This document shows positions 44,705-57,428 of a stretch of 64,000 bases of DNA, piece after piece (positions within the stretch are counted from its first letter, which is position 1; each line of letters begins with the position of its first letter). The stretch comes from an uncultured delta proteobacterium. Lineage in GTDB: Bacteria; Myxococcota; Myxococcia; Myxococcales; Myxococcaceae. The translations under genes were made by a program, and so were the position numbers. The notes under the pieces were generated by a model. It ran no database searches and was not told the DNA's origin. It saw nothing but the letters and a program-made list of their open reading frames with translations. Where the stretch lies: assembly GCA_963771175.1 (NCBI GenBank), contig CAVYSY010000025.1, forward strand, positions 122,752 through 186,751. The letters are read 5' to 3'.

Positions 44705-45967
44705 GTGTCGAAGGGTCCTTTGGTCCCAGAGCAGGGGTACAAGCGCAGGCGGAGGCGGGAACGCCCCGCCCGCTACCTGCTCGCCCTCGCGCTCGCCCTC
44801 CTGGCGCACGGGGCCTTCGTCGGACTCCTGGCCCTCATCTCCTACGTCCAGCTGCAACCTGCCCTTCGCCGCACCCGCCCCCCAAGCCGCCGAGCGCCGT
44901 GGCCCTCCGGCCGCTGACCGCCCAGGAGTGGGCGAAGAACCGCGGGCCGACACGCTCGGACCAGACGCCCCGACCCAGGTCTCCCCGCCGAGGAGAAGAA
45001 GAGAGGAGAAGAAGCCGGAGAAGACGCCCGGACGGGACAGGTGGTCGACGTGGCCCCGGGCAACGACCAGGAGGCCCCGGACGCGAAGTACCTCGCCGAG
45101 ACACAACAACGAGGTGGAGAAGGAGACGCGCGCGAAGGAGCAGACGCCCTTCTACCGGAACGCCGATGCCCCAGCGACGGCGCCCAAGGCGCTCGAGGGC
45201 AACGGCTCGGACGAGGCGAGAAGCCGGACAGCTCGCGGGCAACGACGGCCGGGGCACGGACGACCGGCCCATGCGCGAAGGGCGGAGGAAGCCCGCCATC
45301 GAGCTGCCCGACATGAAGAAGCGCGACAGGAGATCGCGCTCAAGAGGACCCCCAGGGCGGGCCCGGGCATGAGCGTCGACAACCGGCGACGAGAGCGACG
45401 CGGTGAAGGGCAACTCCAACCGGCTGCGCATCCAGCCGGGCAGCCCGGGAGGAAGGCGACGAGGGCTCCGAGCGGCCGGCCGGGTCCGCCAGGCTGGCGC
45501 AAGCTGATGCCCTCGCAGCGCGGTGATCGACAAGATCATCGGCGCGGCGCCCAACGATCACCTCAAGGACGTGGACGAGGGCGACGGCACCTACCTCAAC
45601 ACCCGCGAGTGGAAGTACGCGAGCTTCTTCAACCGGGTGAAGCAGAGCGTGGGCACGCACTGGAACCCGAACGACCAGATGCGGAGCGCGATCCCACCGG
45701 GCAGATCTACGGAGGGCGCGACCGCTACACCATCCTCAACGTCACCCTCGGACGAGCGACGGGCGGGTGAAGGACATCTTCGTCGACAAGAGCAGCGGGC
45801 TGGACTTCCTCGACCTCGAGGCCATCAAGTCCTTCGAGCGGGCGCAGCCCTTCCCCAACCCGCCGCCGGGCCTGCTCGCGACCGACTCGACGGTGCGCTT
45901 CCAGTTCGGGTTCTTCCTGGAGATGGGCGGCCGCCCGAGGATGCGGCTCTTCCGCCAGACCAAGTGA
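44705..45967 (+). CDS. TonB C-terminal domain protein (many indels)
   Basis: Basic N-terminus plus TM. YLNTREWKYASFFNRVK, SSGLDFLDLEAIKSFERAQPFPNPP. Confidence 0.8.
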
Positions 45968-46016
45968 TGAACGCTGAGGAGACCGCGCACGCCGCCCGCA
46001 ATCGCGGGTGCGCCGG

Positions 46017-46917
46017 GTGGACGCCTCCCTGATCGAACGCAACCGCAAGATTCGCACTGTGCGCGACCATCCTGGTGGCCAACTGGGCCGTGGCCGGGCC
46101 AAGCTCACCATCGGCTGCATGCGAATTCGGCCGCGGTCACCGCCGACGGGCTGCACTCCTTCATCGACGGCGGCACCAACGTGGTCGGGCTGGTGGCGAT
46201 GACTACGTGGCTCGCAGCCCGCCGACGACGAGCACCCCTACGGCCACGACAAGTTCGAGGCCCTGGCCTCGTTGTTCATCGGGGTGATGATCGGCATCGC
46301 CGTGGTCGAGCTGGGGCGCATGGCCTTCGACTCGCTGATGCATGACCGGCACCCCGAGGTGGGCCCGCTGTCGATCGCGGTGATGGTGGCCACCCTGGTC
46401 GTCAACCTCTTCGTCACCCGCATCGAGCGCGAGCAGGGCGAGAAGCTGAAGAGCGCGCTGCTGATGGCGGACGCGCGGCACACGCTGTCGGACGTGGGCG
46501 TGACGCTGGCGGTGCTGGCGTCGCTCGGCTTCGTGTGGATGGGCTATCCGAGGCGGACGGCATCGTCACGCTGGCGGTGATGGGGGTGGTGGCCCGCGTG
46601 GCCTGGGGCATCGTCAACCAGTCGGTGGGCATCCTCTCGGACACGGCGCGGTTGGAGCCCACGAAGGTGGAGCAGCTCACCCGCGACGTGCCGGGCGTGC
46701 TCTCGTGCCGCGACGTGCGCAGCCGGGGCATGGAGGGCACGGTGTACGTGGACCTGAAGATCGAAGTGGACCCGCAGCTCACCACGGCGCAGGCCCACGG
46801 CTGGCCGACGCCGTGGAGGCCCGCATCCAGGCGGAGTTCCCCGAGGTGGTGGACGTGGTGGTGCACGTCGAGCCGGAACGAGCCTCCACCGCCCTCTCGA
46901 AAGCCCCCCACGGGTGA
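46017..46917 (+). CDS. Cation diffusion facilitator transporter (indels)
   Basis: ADGLHSFID, HPYGHDKFE, ADARHTLSD, YVDLKIEVDP, DVVVHVEP. Confidence 0.85.
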
Positions 46918-47027
46918 GCCTTTGGGCACGCCAGCCCGCTCGCCTGCCCTCCCAACGTTCCCGCCGCGCCCGCTCACAAAGCCCGGCTCGCGACCCTGTC
47001 AGGTAGATGCCAAGAACGGAAAGGGTC

Positions 47028-47210
47028 ATGAGCCTCGAAATCGCCATCTACGTCACGACTTTCGCGATCATCAGTGCGAGCCTGCTGCTGGGCAGGAAGG
47101 GAAGCCGCGCCACCGCCAACGCGGCCGATCCACTCCAGCACCCTGAGCTCGAAAAGCTCGTCCGCCCCATGCTCCTCTTCAGCACCACGGCGCCCATGGC
47201 GCACTGCTGA
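47028..47210 (+). CDS. Small single-TM hypothetical protein (60 aa)
   Basis: ggaaaggg RBS; hydrophobic N-terminus. Confidence 0.45.
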   Translation: MSLEIAIYVTTFAIISASLLLGRKGSRATANAADPLQHPELEKLVRPMLLFSTTAPMAHC

Positions 47211-47261
47211 GAGGATGAATGGCTGGAGTCCCAGGCGTGCCCCCGCCGTGACGAGCCCGCG

Positions 47262-47300
47262 AAAGCGAAGGGCCCGGAACCGACTCGCGGCTCCGGGCCC
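47262..47300 (-). terminator. Terminator of the FG-GAP gene; direct repeat copy of 51151-51189
   Basis: aaagcgaagggcccggaaccgactcgcggctccgggccc. Confidence 0.8.
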
Positions 47301-47332
47301 CAGCCCTACTTCGGTTTCACCCTACCCCTGAC

Positions 47333-50300
47333 TCACTTGCAGAGCGTGCTGCCCTCGGTGGTGCCCTCCGGGCATCCCTCACCGACGCAGTACTTCACGC
47401 CGCTGTCCACCACGAGCCGACCGGACTGGTCGTGCGGCACGACCACGCGGCAGGTGCTCTGGGTGGAGACACCGGCGTCGTTCGTGATGGCGTAGTGGAT
47501 GGTGTAGACGCGGCCATCCCCCGTGCCCTCGCGCTCGGCGCGAAGCTGCACGAAGGACTTGCCCGTGATCAGGGACATGTCCTCGCAGGTGCGACCATCA
47601 CCGTTGCCGTTGGCGTCCTCCACCTCATCCGAGGTGACACGGAGGATCTTGCCGTGCTTGTCCAGCGGCAGCGGGTTGCCGCACGAGTCCGTCGCGGGCT
47701 GGGCGCAATCGGAGAGACTCACGGTGACGAACTTGTGGTTGGGCGACCAGAGCTCCAGTCCCTTGTCCGCACCCGCCACGGGCGCGCCGTCCTGGCAGTA
47801 GCCGCAGGGATCCTCGCCGCCGCCATTGTCGCTGTCGTCATCGTCGTCGTGGCCGTCATCGTCGTCGTCGCCGTGGCCGTCATCGTCGCCGTCATCGTCC
47901 TGGCCGCAGCCGTCACCCTTGGTGTGCTTGTGACCGAAGCCGAAGAAACTGGCGATGGAGCTGAAGCGCTTGCTGCCGCCTCTCACGTGGCCGCAACCGT
48001 CGGTGTGGCCGTCGTCATCGTCCTCGTCATGGCCGCTGCCGCCGCCATTGCCGTGGCCGTCATCATCGTGGTCGCCACCGTGACCATTGTCATCGTCGTC
48101 GCCGCCATGGCCACTGTCATCGTCGCCATCGTCACCGCCACCACCGGCGCGACCGCCCACCGTGACGGTGAAGCTGCACGAGGACGTATTGCCAAAGGCA
48201 TCCTGCGCGGCGCAGGAGACGGCCGTATCACCCACCGGGAAGGTGGCGCCCGAGGGATGCGAGCAGGTGACAGCCACCGCACCGCAGTTGTCCGTGGCCG
48301 AGGTCTCGAAGGTGACCTTGGAGCCACCCGGAGAGCAAGCCATGATCTCGATCGGCGAGGTCGGGCAGCTCAGCACCGGCGGCGTGGTGTCACCGGTCAC
48401 CGTCACGTTGAAGCGGCACGCGGCCTCGTTGCCAGCGGCGTCCCTGGCGGAGCAGGTGACCGCCGTCTCGCCCACCGGGAAGGTGGAGCCCGAGGAGTAC
48501 GAGCAGGAGGCGGGCGCCGAGCTGCAGTTATCCACGGCCGACACGTCGAAGGTGGCCGTGGCACCGGCCGGCGAGCACGTCTCGATCACCTGCGAGTCCG
48601 GGCAGTCAGCGGCCGGCTTCGAGGTGTCCACCACGGTGACGTTACCCACGCACTCGGCGCTCGCCGCACCATCGTAGGCCGTCACAGTGACGGGGTGGGT
48701 GCCCAGGCCGAAGGCCATGTCGGGAGACTCGGTGACGGAGAGCGGCGACGGCCCGTTGTCCGGGTCGTAGCTGCCGTCGTTCACGCTGGAGCGGCCCTGG
48801 CAGGAGGCGTCGGCGTTGACGGTGACGTCGCGGCAGAGGGCCACCGGCGGCTTGTTCGTCGGAGTCACCACGCACGAGAGGCTCCCCGTGGCGGAGGAGC
48901 TGTTGTTGTCCTCGCGGCACTCGGTGGTGGTACCCGCGCCCGTGCCGTCATCATCCACCACGGCGAAGACCTCGGCGGTGCCGGTGAAGGAGGAGGAGAC
49001 GACGGCGGTGGCGATGGAGGAGCCACCCGCGGGCAGGACATCCGAAACGGTGGCCACACCGAGCAGCGTGCCGCCCGAGGCCGGGTTGCCCTTGTAGAAG
49101 GCCACCTTCACGCCGGCGGCCACCGGGGCCTCACCCTGGTTGCGCACGCGCGCGCCGAGCACGAGCGAGCCGTAACCGTCACACGTGGTGCTCACGTCGA
49201 AGGCGACGAGATCCGCGGCGGCGTAGGAGCTGGGGCCCGTGCCCAGGTAGCCGGCGGTGTTGGAGCGGAAGGTGTTGAGCTCGGGGATGAGCCAGTTGGT
49301 CAGCGGGTGGGCGGGGATGGTGCCGTCGTCGTTGACGTTGGTCACCGAGTAGGCGTGCTGGTTCCACAGGCGCCGCGTGTTGGCCCAGCCATGCTGCTGG
49401 TCGCGGTACACGCGCAGGCCGTTGAGGCCCGGGGCCGAGAAGTTGTTCTCCACCACCACGATGTCGGCCGCGCCATTGCCATCCACGTCCGCGACGATGG
49501 GGTACTCGTGCGTGGTGGCCGAGCTGTGGGCCGTCTCCCAACGCACCGCGCCCGTCACAGCGTCGAAGATGCGCAGCTTCAGCTCGTCGGCGTAGATGAC
49601 CTCGAGCCGGCCATCATTCTCGAAATCGAAGGTGGTGGAGGTCGTCTTTCCGGAGCTGTAGTCCTGCACGGCGAAGGTCCACTTCACGTTCCCGTCGGAG
49701 CCGTAGACGGTGTAGTTCCAGTCACCCGCCAGGCCGATCTCCAGCTGCCCGTCGCCATCGAAGTCCGCGAGGTTGGGCGCGCCACCGTGACCGGGGTTCG
49801 CCGGATCATGCAGCGGCTGGTCGAGGTTGGTGATGTGCACCGGCCGGGACCAGAGGAGCGAGCAGTCGTCGTCGAGCAGGCTCACCTTCGTCTGGCCCGA
49901 CACGACGATCTCCCCCGCCGCGTCGCCGTCGAAGTTGGCCACGGCGGAGTAACCGCCCTCGAGATCCCCGTTGGAGCACTTGAGGGTGCCATCGTGCCGG
50001 TAGACGGAAGTGCCGTTGACCACCTCCAGCTTGCCGTCCTGGTCGATGTCCACCGCGAAGGACACGGGGCCAGTGTACCGGGCGCCCTCCATGCCCCCAC
50101 CGCCGGTGCCCACCCACTTCAGCGCGCCCGTGTTGCTGTAGACGCGGTTGCCGTCGAGGATCTCCACGGCGCCGTCGCCATCCAGATCCGCCAGCGAGGG
50201 GCCACCCCACTCGTTGTAATCGTACGCGTCCGGCTCCGAGCGGAACTTGAAGGTGCCGTCGTTCTCGAAGCAGATGATGCCGCGGCCCGTCTCGGGGATG

Positions 50301-50851
50301 CCGCAGATCTCCACGGCGCCGTCACCGTCGATGTCACCCGCGGCGAGGCTGGCGGCGGGCTTCACCCGCAAGGCCGAATCCGTCACGGCCCACAGTTCCT
50401 GCCCACCGTTGCCGCTGATGGCCCGGAGCACGCCGTTGACGTTGGGGTTCTGCTCCGCGGCGATCCTCGCGTTGTAGAAATCACCATCGAAGGTGCTGAA
50501 GACGATGTCCGGCGTGCCGTCCCGGTTCACGTCCACCACCACCGGCTGCATCATCACCTGCTTGTACTCGGGCAGCACGGAGCTCCCGGTCCAGGCCCAG
50601 TGGAGCACCGGATCGAAGTTGCCCGTGAAGGGCGGCTTCACCTCGCACTGCCCCACCTCGGGGCTCGGTGCCTCAGCCGCACCCACGCCCGCATTGACCG
50701 CCTCGTTCGAGGTCCTGGCACTGGCCGGCTCCTTCGAAGTCGAGGTGTCGCAAGCTCCCCCCGATGCCAGCGCCACCATCGCAACGAAGAGTCGCCCACG
50801 CCCCAGACCGCGCTGCCGCGCATGAACCTGGGTGCTGCGCTTGAGTCTCAT
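47333..50851 (-). CDS. Exported FG-GAP/VCBS propeller, CARDB and HYR protein with a His/Asp/Gly-rich insert
   Basis: Possible lipobox GGAC. Repeated DxDGDGxxE/D Ca-binding loops. WNQHAYSVTNVNDDG, VRNQG...ECREDNN, two HYR units. Confidence 0.88.
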   Translation of the reverse strand: MRLKRSTQVHARQRGLGRGRLFVAMVALASGGACDTSTSKEPASARTSNEAVNAGVGAAEAPSPEVGQCEVKPPFTGNFDPVLHWAWTGSSVLPEYKQVMMQPVVVDVNRDGTPDIVFSTFDGDFYNARIAAEQNPNVNGVLRAISGNGGQELWAVTDSALRVKPAASLAAGDIDGDGAVEICGIPETGRGIICFENDGTFKFRSEPDAYDYNEWGGPSLADLDGDGAVEILDGNRVYSNTGALKWVGTGGGGMEGARYTGPVSFAVDIDQDGKLEVVNGTSVYRHDGTLKCSNGDLEGGYSAVANFDGDAAGEIVVSGQTKVSLLDDDCSLLWSRPVHITNLDQPLHDPANPGHGGAPNLADFDGDGQLEIGLAGDWNYTVYGSDGNVKWTFAVQDYSSGKTTSTTFDFENDGRLEVIYADELKLRIFDAVTGAVRWETAHSSATTHEYPIVADVDGNGAADIVVVENNFSAPGLNGLRVYRDQQHGWANTRRLWNQHAYSVTNVNDDGTIPAHPLTNWLIPELNTFRSNTAGYLGTGPSSYAAADLVAFDVSTTCDGYGSLVLGARVRNQGEAPVAAGVKVAFYKGNPASGGTLLGVATVSDVLPAGGSSIATAVVSSSFTGTAEVFAVVDDDGTGAGTTTECREDNNSSSATGSLSCVVTPTNKPPVALCRDVTVNADASCQGRSSVNDGSYDPDNGPSPLSVTESPDMAFGLGTHPVTVTAYDGAASAECVGNVTVVDTSKPAADCPDSQVIETCSPAGATATFDVSAVDNCSSAPASCSYSSGSTFPVGETAVTCSARDAAGNEAACRFNVTVTGDTTPPVLSCPTSPIEIMACSPGGSKVTFETSATDNCGAVAVTCSHPSGATFPVGDTAVSCAAQDAFGNTSSCSFTVTVGGRAGGGGDDGDDDSGHGGDDDDNGHGGDHDDDGHGNGGGSGHDEDDDDGHTDGCGHVRGGSKRFSSIASFFGFGHKHTKGDGCGQDDDGDDDGHGDDDDDGHDDDDDSDNGGGEDPCGYCQDGAPVAGADKGLELWSPNHKFVTVSLSDCAQPATDSCGNPLPLDKHGKILRVTSDEVEDANGNGDGRTCEDMSLITGKSFVQLRAEREGTGDGRVYTIHYAITNDAGVSTQSTCRVVVPHDQSGRLVVDSGVKYCVGEGCPEGTTEGSTLCK

Positions 50852-51150
50852 CTCGCCGCTCCTCCGCTTTCGGGCATGACCCGGTTATTCATCATCAACC
50901 AGACAGCGGAGAACAATGTACAGGTTGTCCTAGAGCGCGTGGATCAAGAAAAAGCAGGAAGGCAAACATATGCAATGCAGTTACAAAACATAAGAAATCG
51001 CAAAACACGGGTATGACAATCCAAGACTAATGCATCCCAGGTGTAGCGATTGTTCCGTCGTGGCACCGGATGTGTGAGGAGATCGCAGAGAAGACGACGG
51101 AGTCGGACAACTCCTCGAGTGCGCGCCGTCTCAATTTGCAAGGAATCAAA

Positions 51151-51189
51151 AAAGCGAAGGGCCCGGAACCGACACACGGTTCCGAGCCC
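51151..51189 (-). terminator. gcvP terminator; direct repeat copy of 47262-47300
   Basis: aaagcgaagggcccggaaccgacacacggttccgagccc. Confidence 0.8.
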
Positions 51190-51241
51190 TTGGCTGTCGA
51201 GGCTCACGGGGAAGTGGACCCCGTGAGCGACGAGACGGTCA

Positions 51242-54148
51242 CTACGCCACGGCGGCCTTGGAGGGCTCCGGGGCCATGTAGTCCTCGATGGGCGGGCACG
51301 AGCACACCAGCTTGCGATCGCCGAGCACGTTGTTCAGGCGACCCACGGACGGCCAGAACTTGTGCTCCTGCACCCAGCGGCGCCGGGAAGGCGGCCTGCT
51401 CGCGCGAGTAGGGCCGGTTCCACTCCGGCGCGGTGATGACGCGCGCGGTGTGCGGAGCGTTCTTCAGGACGTTGTTGTCCTTGGGCGCCTTGCCCTCCTC
51501 GATCTCATGGATCTCCCCACGGATGGCGATCAGCGCGTCGCACAGCCGATCGAGCTCCGCCTTGGACTCGCTCTCCGTCGGCTCGATCATCAGCGTGCCC
51601 GACACCGGGAAGGACACCGTCGGCGCGTGGAAGCCGTAGTCCATCAACCGCTTGGCCACGTCCTCCACCTCGACGCCCGTCGTCTTCTTGAGGTGCCGCA
51701 GGTCCACGATGCACTCGTGCGCCACCCGGCCCCGCTTGCCGCGGTACAGCACCGGGTAGTGCGGCTGCAGCCGCTCGGCGATGTAGTTGGCGTTGAGGAT
51801 GGCCATCTTCGTGGCCTGCGTCAGCCCCTGCGCGCCCATCATCGCGATGTACATCCACGAGATGACCAGGATGCTGGCGCTGCCCCACGGCGCCGCCGAC
51901 ACCGCCCCGATGCCCTCGTTGCCACCCGTGGCAATGACCGAGTGCCGCGGGAGGAACTTCGCCAGGTGGCTCGCCACGCAGATGGGGCCCATGCCCGGGA
52001 CCGCCACCGCCGTGCGGGATGCAGAACGTCTTGTGCAGGTTGATGTGGCACACGTCCGCGCCAATGGCCGCCGGCGACGTCAGCCCCACCTGGGCGTTGA
52101 GGTTCGCCCCGTCCATGTACACCTGCCCGCCGTGCTCGTGGACGACCGCGCAGATCTCCTTGATCTCCTCCTCGAACACGCCGTGCGTGGAGGGGTAGGT
52201 CACCATCAGGGCGGCCAGCTTGTCCTTGTGCTGCTCCGCCTTGGCGCGCAGGTCCGCCACGTCGATGTTGCCGCTCTCGTCGCACTTGACGACGACCACC
52301 TGGTAGCCCGCCATCACCGCGCTGGCCGGGTTGGTGCCGTGCGCGGACGAGGGAATGAGGCACACGTTGCGGTGCCCCTGGCCCCGGTGCTGCTGGTAGG
52401 CGCGGATGACGAGCAGGCCCGCGTACTCGCCCTGGCTGCCCGCGTTGGGCTGCAGCGACACGCCCGCGAAGCCGGTGATGCTCGCCAGCATCTGCTCGAG
52501 CTGCTCGAACAGCACCTTGTAGCCCTGCGCCTGGGAGCTCGGCGCGAACGGGTGCAGCTTGCCGAACTGCGGCCACGTCACCGGGATCATCTCCGCGGTG
52601 GCGTTGAGCTTCATCGTGCACGAGCCGAGCGGGATCATCGAGTGCGTGAGCGACAGGTCGCGCGACTCGAGGCGGCGGATGTAGCGCAGCATCTCCGTCT
52701 CGGAGTGGTAGCTGTTGAAGACCTGGTGCGTGAGGAACGGGCTGGTGCGCCGCAGGTCCTGGGGCAGCGTGCTCCGCAGCTCCTTGCCCAGCTCCTCCAG
52801 CGTGAAGCCCAGGGGCTTGGCGCCGGCGAACACGGAGAGGATGGCCTCCACGTCGGCCGGGCGGGTGGCCTCGTCGAGGCTCAGGCCGATGGCGCGCTCA
52901 TCGATGCGGCGGAAGTTCATCCCCTTGGCCTCGGCGGCCGAGAGGATGGAGCGGATGTGCGGCGGCGCGGCTTCGACGCGGAGCGTGTCGAAGACGTTCT
53001 CGTAGTTGGCGCCGTAGCCCAGCTTCGTCAGGCCGCGCGCCAGCAGCACGGTGAGCCCGTGCACGCGCTCGGCGATGGCCTTCAGGCCGCGGGGCCCGTG
53101 GTACACGGCGTACATGCCGGCCATGATGGCCAGCAGCACCTGCGCGGTGCAGATGTTGCTCGTGGCCTTCTCGCGGCGGATGTGCTGCTCGCGCGTCTGC
53201 AGCGCCATGCGCAGGGCGCGGCGGCCCTGGGCGTCCTCGGACACGCCGATGATGCGGCCCGGCATGACGCGGGTGAAGGCGTTCTTCGTGGCGAAGAAGG
53301 CCGCGTGCGGACCGCCGTAGCCCAGGGGCACGCCAAAGCGCTGCGCGCTGCCCACCGCCACGTCCGCGCCGAACTCACCCGGCGGCGTCAGCATCGTGAG
53401 CGCCAGCAGGTCCGTGGCGACGATGAAGAGCCCGCCGGCCGCGTGCACCTTCTCCCCGAAGGCGCGGTAGTCGTACACCACGCCGTCGGTGGCCGGGTAC
53501 TGCACCAGCGCGCCGACGTACTTCCTGGCCGACAGGTCCACCGTGCGGTGGTCGCCCACCACCACCTCGACGCCCAGCGGCTGGGCGCGGGTGCGCACCA
53601 CGTCGATCGTCTGCGGGTGGCAGGCCTCCGAGACGAAGAAGGCGCTCCCATGCTCCTCGCCCTTGAGGTGCAGGGCGCAGCGACATGGCCTCGGCGGCGG
53701 CGGTGCCCTCGTCGAGCAGGGAGGCGTTGGCCACCTCCATCCCGGTGAGGTCCATCACCATCGTCTGGAAGTTGAGCAGCGCCTCCAGGCGACCCTGGGA
53801 GATCTCCGCCTGGTAGGGCGTGTACTGGGTGTACCAGCCCGGGTTCTGGAGGATGTTGCGCAGGATGACGTTCGGAGTCTGGGTGTCGTAGTAGCCCATC
53901 CCGATGAAGGACCGCAGGAGCTGGTTCTTCGAGGCGAGGGTCTCCAGCACCGAGAGCGCTTCGTGCTCGGACCAGGAAGTCGCGATCTTCAGCGGCTCCT
54001 TGGAGCGGATGGCAGCGGGGACCGTCTGGTCGATGAGCTCATCGAGCGAGCCCACCCCCACGGTCTTCAGCATCCCCTGCAGTTCCTTCTCATCCGGCCC
54101 GATGTGCCGGTCGGCGAAACACTCCTGGTATTTCCAGTTCAAGGACAT
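51242..54148 (-). CDS. gcvP: Glycine dehydrogenase (P protein); indels near 53670, 52000, 51380
   Basis: [51 protein letters not shown]. Confidence 0.95.
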
Positions 54149-54225
54149 GATCAGCACTCGCAGTGCGGGAGAAACGAAAGGCCGTGTGTAACAACGGGCC
54201 CCGGCCCATTCAGACCCGCCACGGC

Positions 54226-54615
54226 TCAGGCGTTCTTCAGCAGGTTCTCGTACGCGCTGGCGTCCATGAGCCCGGCCAGCTCCTTGCTGTCCGAGGGCTC
54301 GACCTCGATGATCCACCCCGCCCCGTAGGGGTCCGAGTTGATCGTCTGGGGGCTGTCGGTGAGGGAGTCGTTCACCTTCACCACCTTGCCCGTCAGCGGA
54401 GAGTAGAGGTCCGACACGGCCTTGGTGGACTCGATGACGCCGAACTGCTTGCCCGCGGTGACGGTGGAGCCCACCTTGGGCAGCTCCACGTACACCACGT
54501 CACCGAGCGCCTCCTGGGCATGAGAGGTGACGCCCACCACCACGAGGCTGCCCTCGATGCGGGCCCACTCGTGCTCCTTCGTGTACTTGAGATTCGCGGG
54601 AATGTTGCCGGCCAT
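54226..54615 (-). CDS. gcvH: Glycine cleavage H protein
   Basis: [16 protein letters not shown] (lipoyl Lys), [10 protein letters not shown]. Confidence 0.96.
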   Translation of the reverse strand: MAGNIPANLKYTKEHEWARIEGSLVVVGVTSHAQEALGDVVYVELPKVGSTVTAGKQFGVIESTKAVSDLYSPLTGKVVKVNDSLTDSPQTINSDPYGAGWIIEVEPSDSKELAGLMDASAYENLLKNA

Positions 54616-54659
54616 GTCCGTGCTCCTCGGAAAGGGGAATGCTCAGGGCTTGGGACTGC

Positions 54660-55747
<1,088 letters not shown>

Positions 55748-55853
55748 GCTCATCTCTCCTGTGGGGGGTTGAAAACGGCGCGGACTATAACCGCGCACCT
55801 CCTTGATCAAGGCTCTCGGGGACTCGCCTGGAACGTTCTAGACTGTTCGCGTC

Positions 55854-56727
55854 ATGAAGATTCGTAATCGATTGAATCCGTCCAACCCGTGCTTCTCCTT
55901 CGAGTTCTTCCCGCCGAAGACCGACGAGGGGACCGCCAACCTGCTGAAGACGCTCGCGGATCTGGCGCCCCTGGAGCCGGGCTTCGTCTCCGTCACCTAC
56001 GGCGCGGGCGGCAGTACGCGCGATCGGACGGTGGAGCTCGTCAGCCGCATCAGGCGCGACACGGGCATCGAGGCCATGGCCCACCTCACCTGCGTGGGCC
56101 ACACGCGCGACGAGCTGCGCGACGTGCTGCGGCGGCTGGCGGACGCCAAGGTGGAGAACGTGCTGGCGCTCCGGGGCGACCCGCCCCAGGGACAGACGAC
56201 CTACGAGCCCGTGGAAGGCGGTTTCCGTCACGCCACCGAGTTGGTGCGCTTCATCCGAGAAGAGGATTTCAACTTCTGCCTGGGCGGGGCGTGCTATCCG
56301 GAGGGCCATGTCGAGACGAGCTTCGCGAAACGACGACCTGCTGCACCTGAAGGAGAAGGTGGACGCGGGCCTGGACTTCGTCATCACCCAGCTCTTCTTC
56401 GACAACGCCTTCTACTTCGACTTCGTGGAGCGGGCGCGTCGCATCGGCATCAACGTGCCCATCGTCCCGGGAATCATGCCCATCACCAACTACGAGCAGC
56501 TCCAGCGCTTCACCCGCATGTGCGGGGCCACCGTGCCCATGCGGCTGGCGCTCCAGCTCGAGCGGGTGAAAGAGCAGCCGGAGGCGCTGGTCCAGCTCGG
56601 CGTGGCACATGCCACGGTGCAGTGCATGGAGCTGCTGTCGCGCGGCGTGCCCGGCATCCACTTCTACACGCTCAACAAGTCTCCCGCGACGCGGATGATC
56701 GTGAGCGCGCTGAGGGCCCGTACATGA
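55854..56727 (+). CDS. metF: Methylenetetrahydrofolate reductase; indel near 56320
   Basis: FSFEFFPPK, SVTYGAGG, AHLTC, LRGDPP, YPEGH, ITQLFFD, HFYTLN. Confidence 0.94.
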
Positions 56728-57170
56728 GTGGACCTGGACTGAACGTCCCGAAGAATGATCCGCGGATGCCCGCGCTGCGGAGGATCCGCCCGGCCGCGTT
56801 CATGCTGCTGTGCGTGGGCGCCCTCAACATCCTCTTCTGTCTGGGGGTGCTGGGGGCCATCGCGCTCGGCTACCAGATGCCCACCGGCGCGGATCCAGCC
56901 GCCATCCAGCAGGGCCAGCCCATCACCTGGTCGCTCATCCTCACCATCCTCGGCGCGGTGGTGTCCGGGATCCTGAGCATCTGGGGCGCGCTGAACGCCT
57001 TCAACCTGCGCGGCTGGGGACTGGTGGCCGTGGGCTCCGTCACCGCCATGTTCCCGCTCACCCCCGCCTGCTGCCTGGGCCTCCCCATCGGCGCCTGGAT
57101 GCTGTGGGTGGTCAACGCGCCCGAGGTGAAGAACTTCTTCACCGGCTCCGAGCGCAACGTCCCGAGCTGA
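56724..57170 (+). CDS. Membrane protein
   Basis: Several TM segments, PACCLGLPIGAW; ATG overlaps the metF stop. Confidence 0.75.
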   Translation: MSGPGLNVPKNDPRMPALRRIRPAAFMLLCVGALNILFCLGVLGAIALGYQMPTGADPAAIQQGQPITWSLILTILGAVVSGILSIWGALNAFNLRGWGLVAVGSVTAMFPLTPACCLGLPIGAWMLWVVNAPEVKNFFTGSERNVPS

Positions 57171-57428
57171 CGCGCGGCCTCCCCGGGCTCACGCGGTTCC
57201 TTCCCCACCCTCCGTAATGGCCGGCACCACGCCGCGTGAGGACGCGTGTGTTCGCCCGGCACCGAATTGCGCCTGTGTTGCAAAATTTCACTTGAATTAG
57301 GATTCTCCCTCCGCGAAACAAATCTCCGGAACGCTTGGTCGCCCGCGTTCCGCTCCGGAGAGGGCTTCAGCTCCTGGTACCGGGGCAGCCCACCACATCG
57401 CGAATCCTCATCGGCAAAGGGAGCGTCC

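Noticed and set aside
57240..57420. Hairpins upstream of the hydrolase as a riboswitch, and CGGCAC..TTGC as a sigma54 site
   Set aside because: No recognisable aptamer motif, and the GG-GC spacing is 9 rather than 10.
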